The notes beneath the pieces are model-generated. The model worked only from the letters and a program-made list of their open reading frames with translations. It did not search any database and was not told the DNA's origin. A DNA stretch of 64,000 nt. Source: Antedon mediterranea. Its lineage: Eukaryota; Animalia; Echinodermata. The translations under genes were made by a program, and so were the position numbers. The DNA lies in the NCBI RefSeq assembly GCF_964355755.1, contig NC_092680.1, positions 10,416,001-10,480,000 of the forward strand, written 5' to 3'. Below are positions 63,922-64,000 of this stretch, one piece after another. Numbering within the stretch: the stretch's first letter is position 1; the number at the start of each line of letters is the position of its first letter.

Positions 63922-64000
63922 TATATCTCTCTCTCGCTGATCTATCTTTCTCTCGCTGATATATCTCTCTCTCGCTGATCTATCTCTCTCTCGCTGATCT
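48900..64000. repeat. 19-bp CT-rich minisatellite, long block (>15 kb, continues past the window)
   Basis: Uninterrupted (CGCTGATCTAT(CT)n) array with recurring variant patterns. Confidence 0.98.

Overview
This is a gene-free, repeat-saturated eukaryotic window. It is probably from a marine invertebrate, which I infer only from the TE families and AT content. It consists of three satellite/minisatellite arrays (about 86-bp, about 180/133-bp, and a 19-bp CT-rich unit) with deeply nested mobile elements: two Ngaro/DIRS-type tyrosine-recombinase retrotransposons that carry an SGNH hydrolase upstream of gag, a near full-length Tx1/L1 LINE, several CR1-group LINEs, a Penelope element, a hAT MITE, a second TIR element and Helentron-like HINEs. 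The standout is two diverged, non-coding CAC...GTG DNA transposons (726-10211 and 21912-26781, 4-bp TSDs). Their ends are not simple TIRs but V(D)J-RSS-like bipartite signals: heptamer CACAyyC, spacer, nonamer ACAnnAAGT, with an 11/12-nt spacer at one end and a 21-nt spacer at the other, an asymmetry of about one helical turn. Second, the Ngaro elements show conserved splice signals, including an in-frame gag-to-YR pair, suggesting that hydrolase, Gag and a Gag-YR fusion come from alternative splicing. All calls are by eye and no database searches were run.
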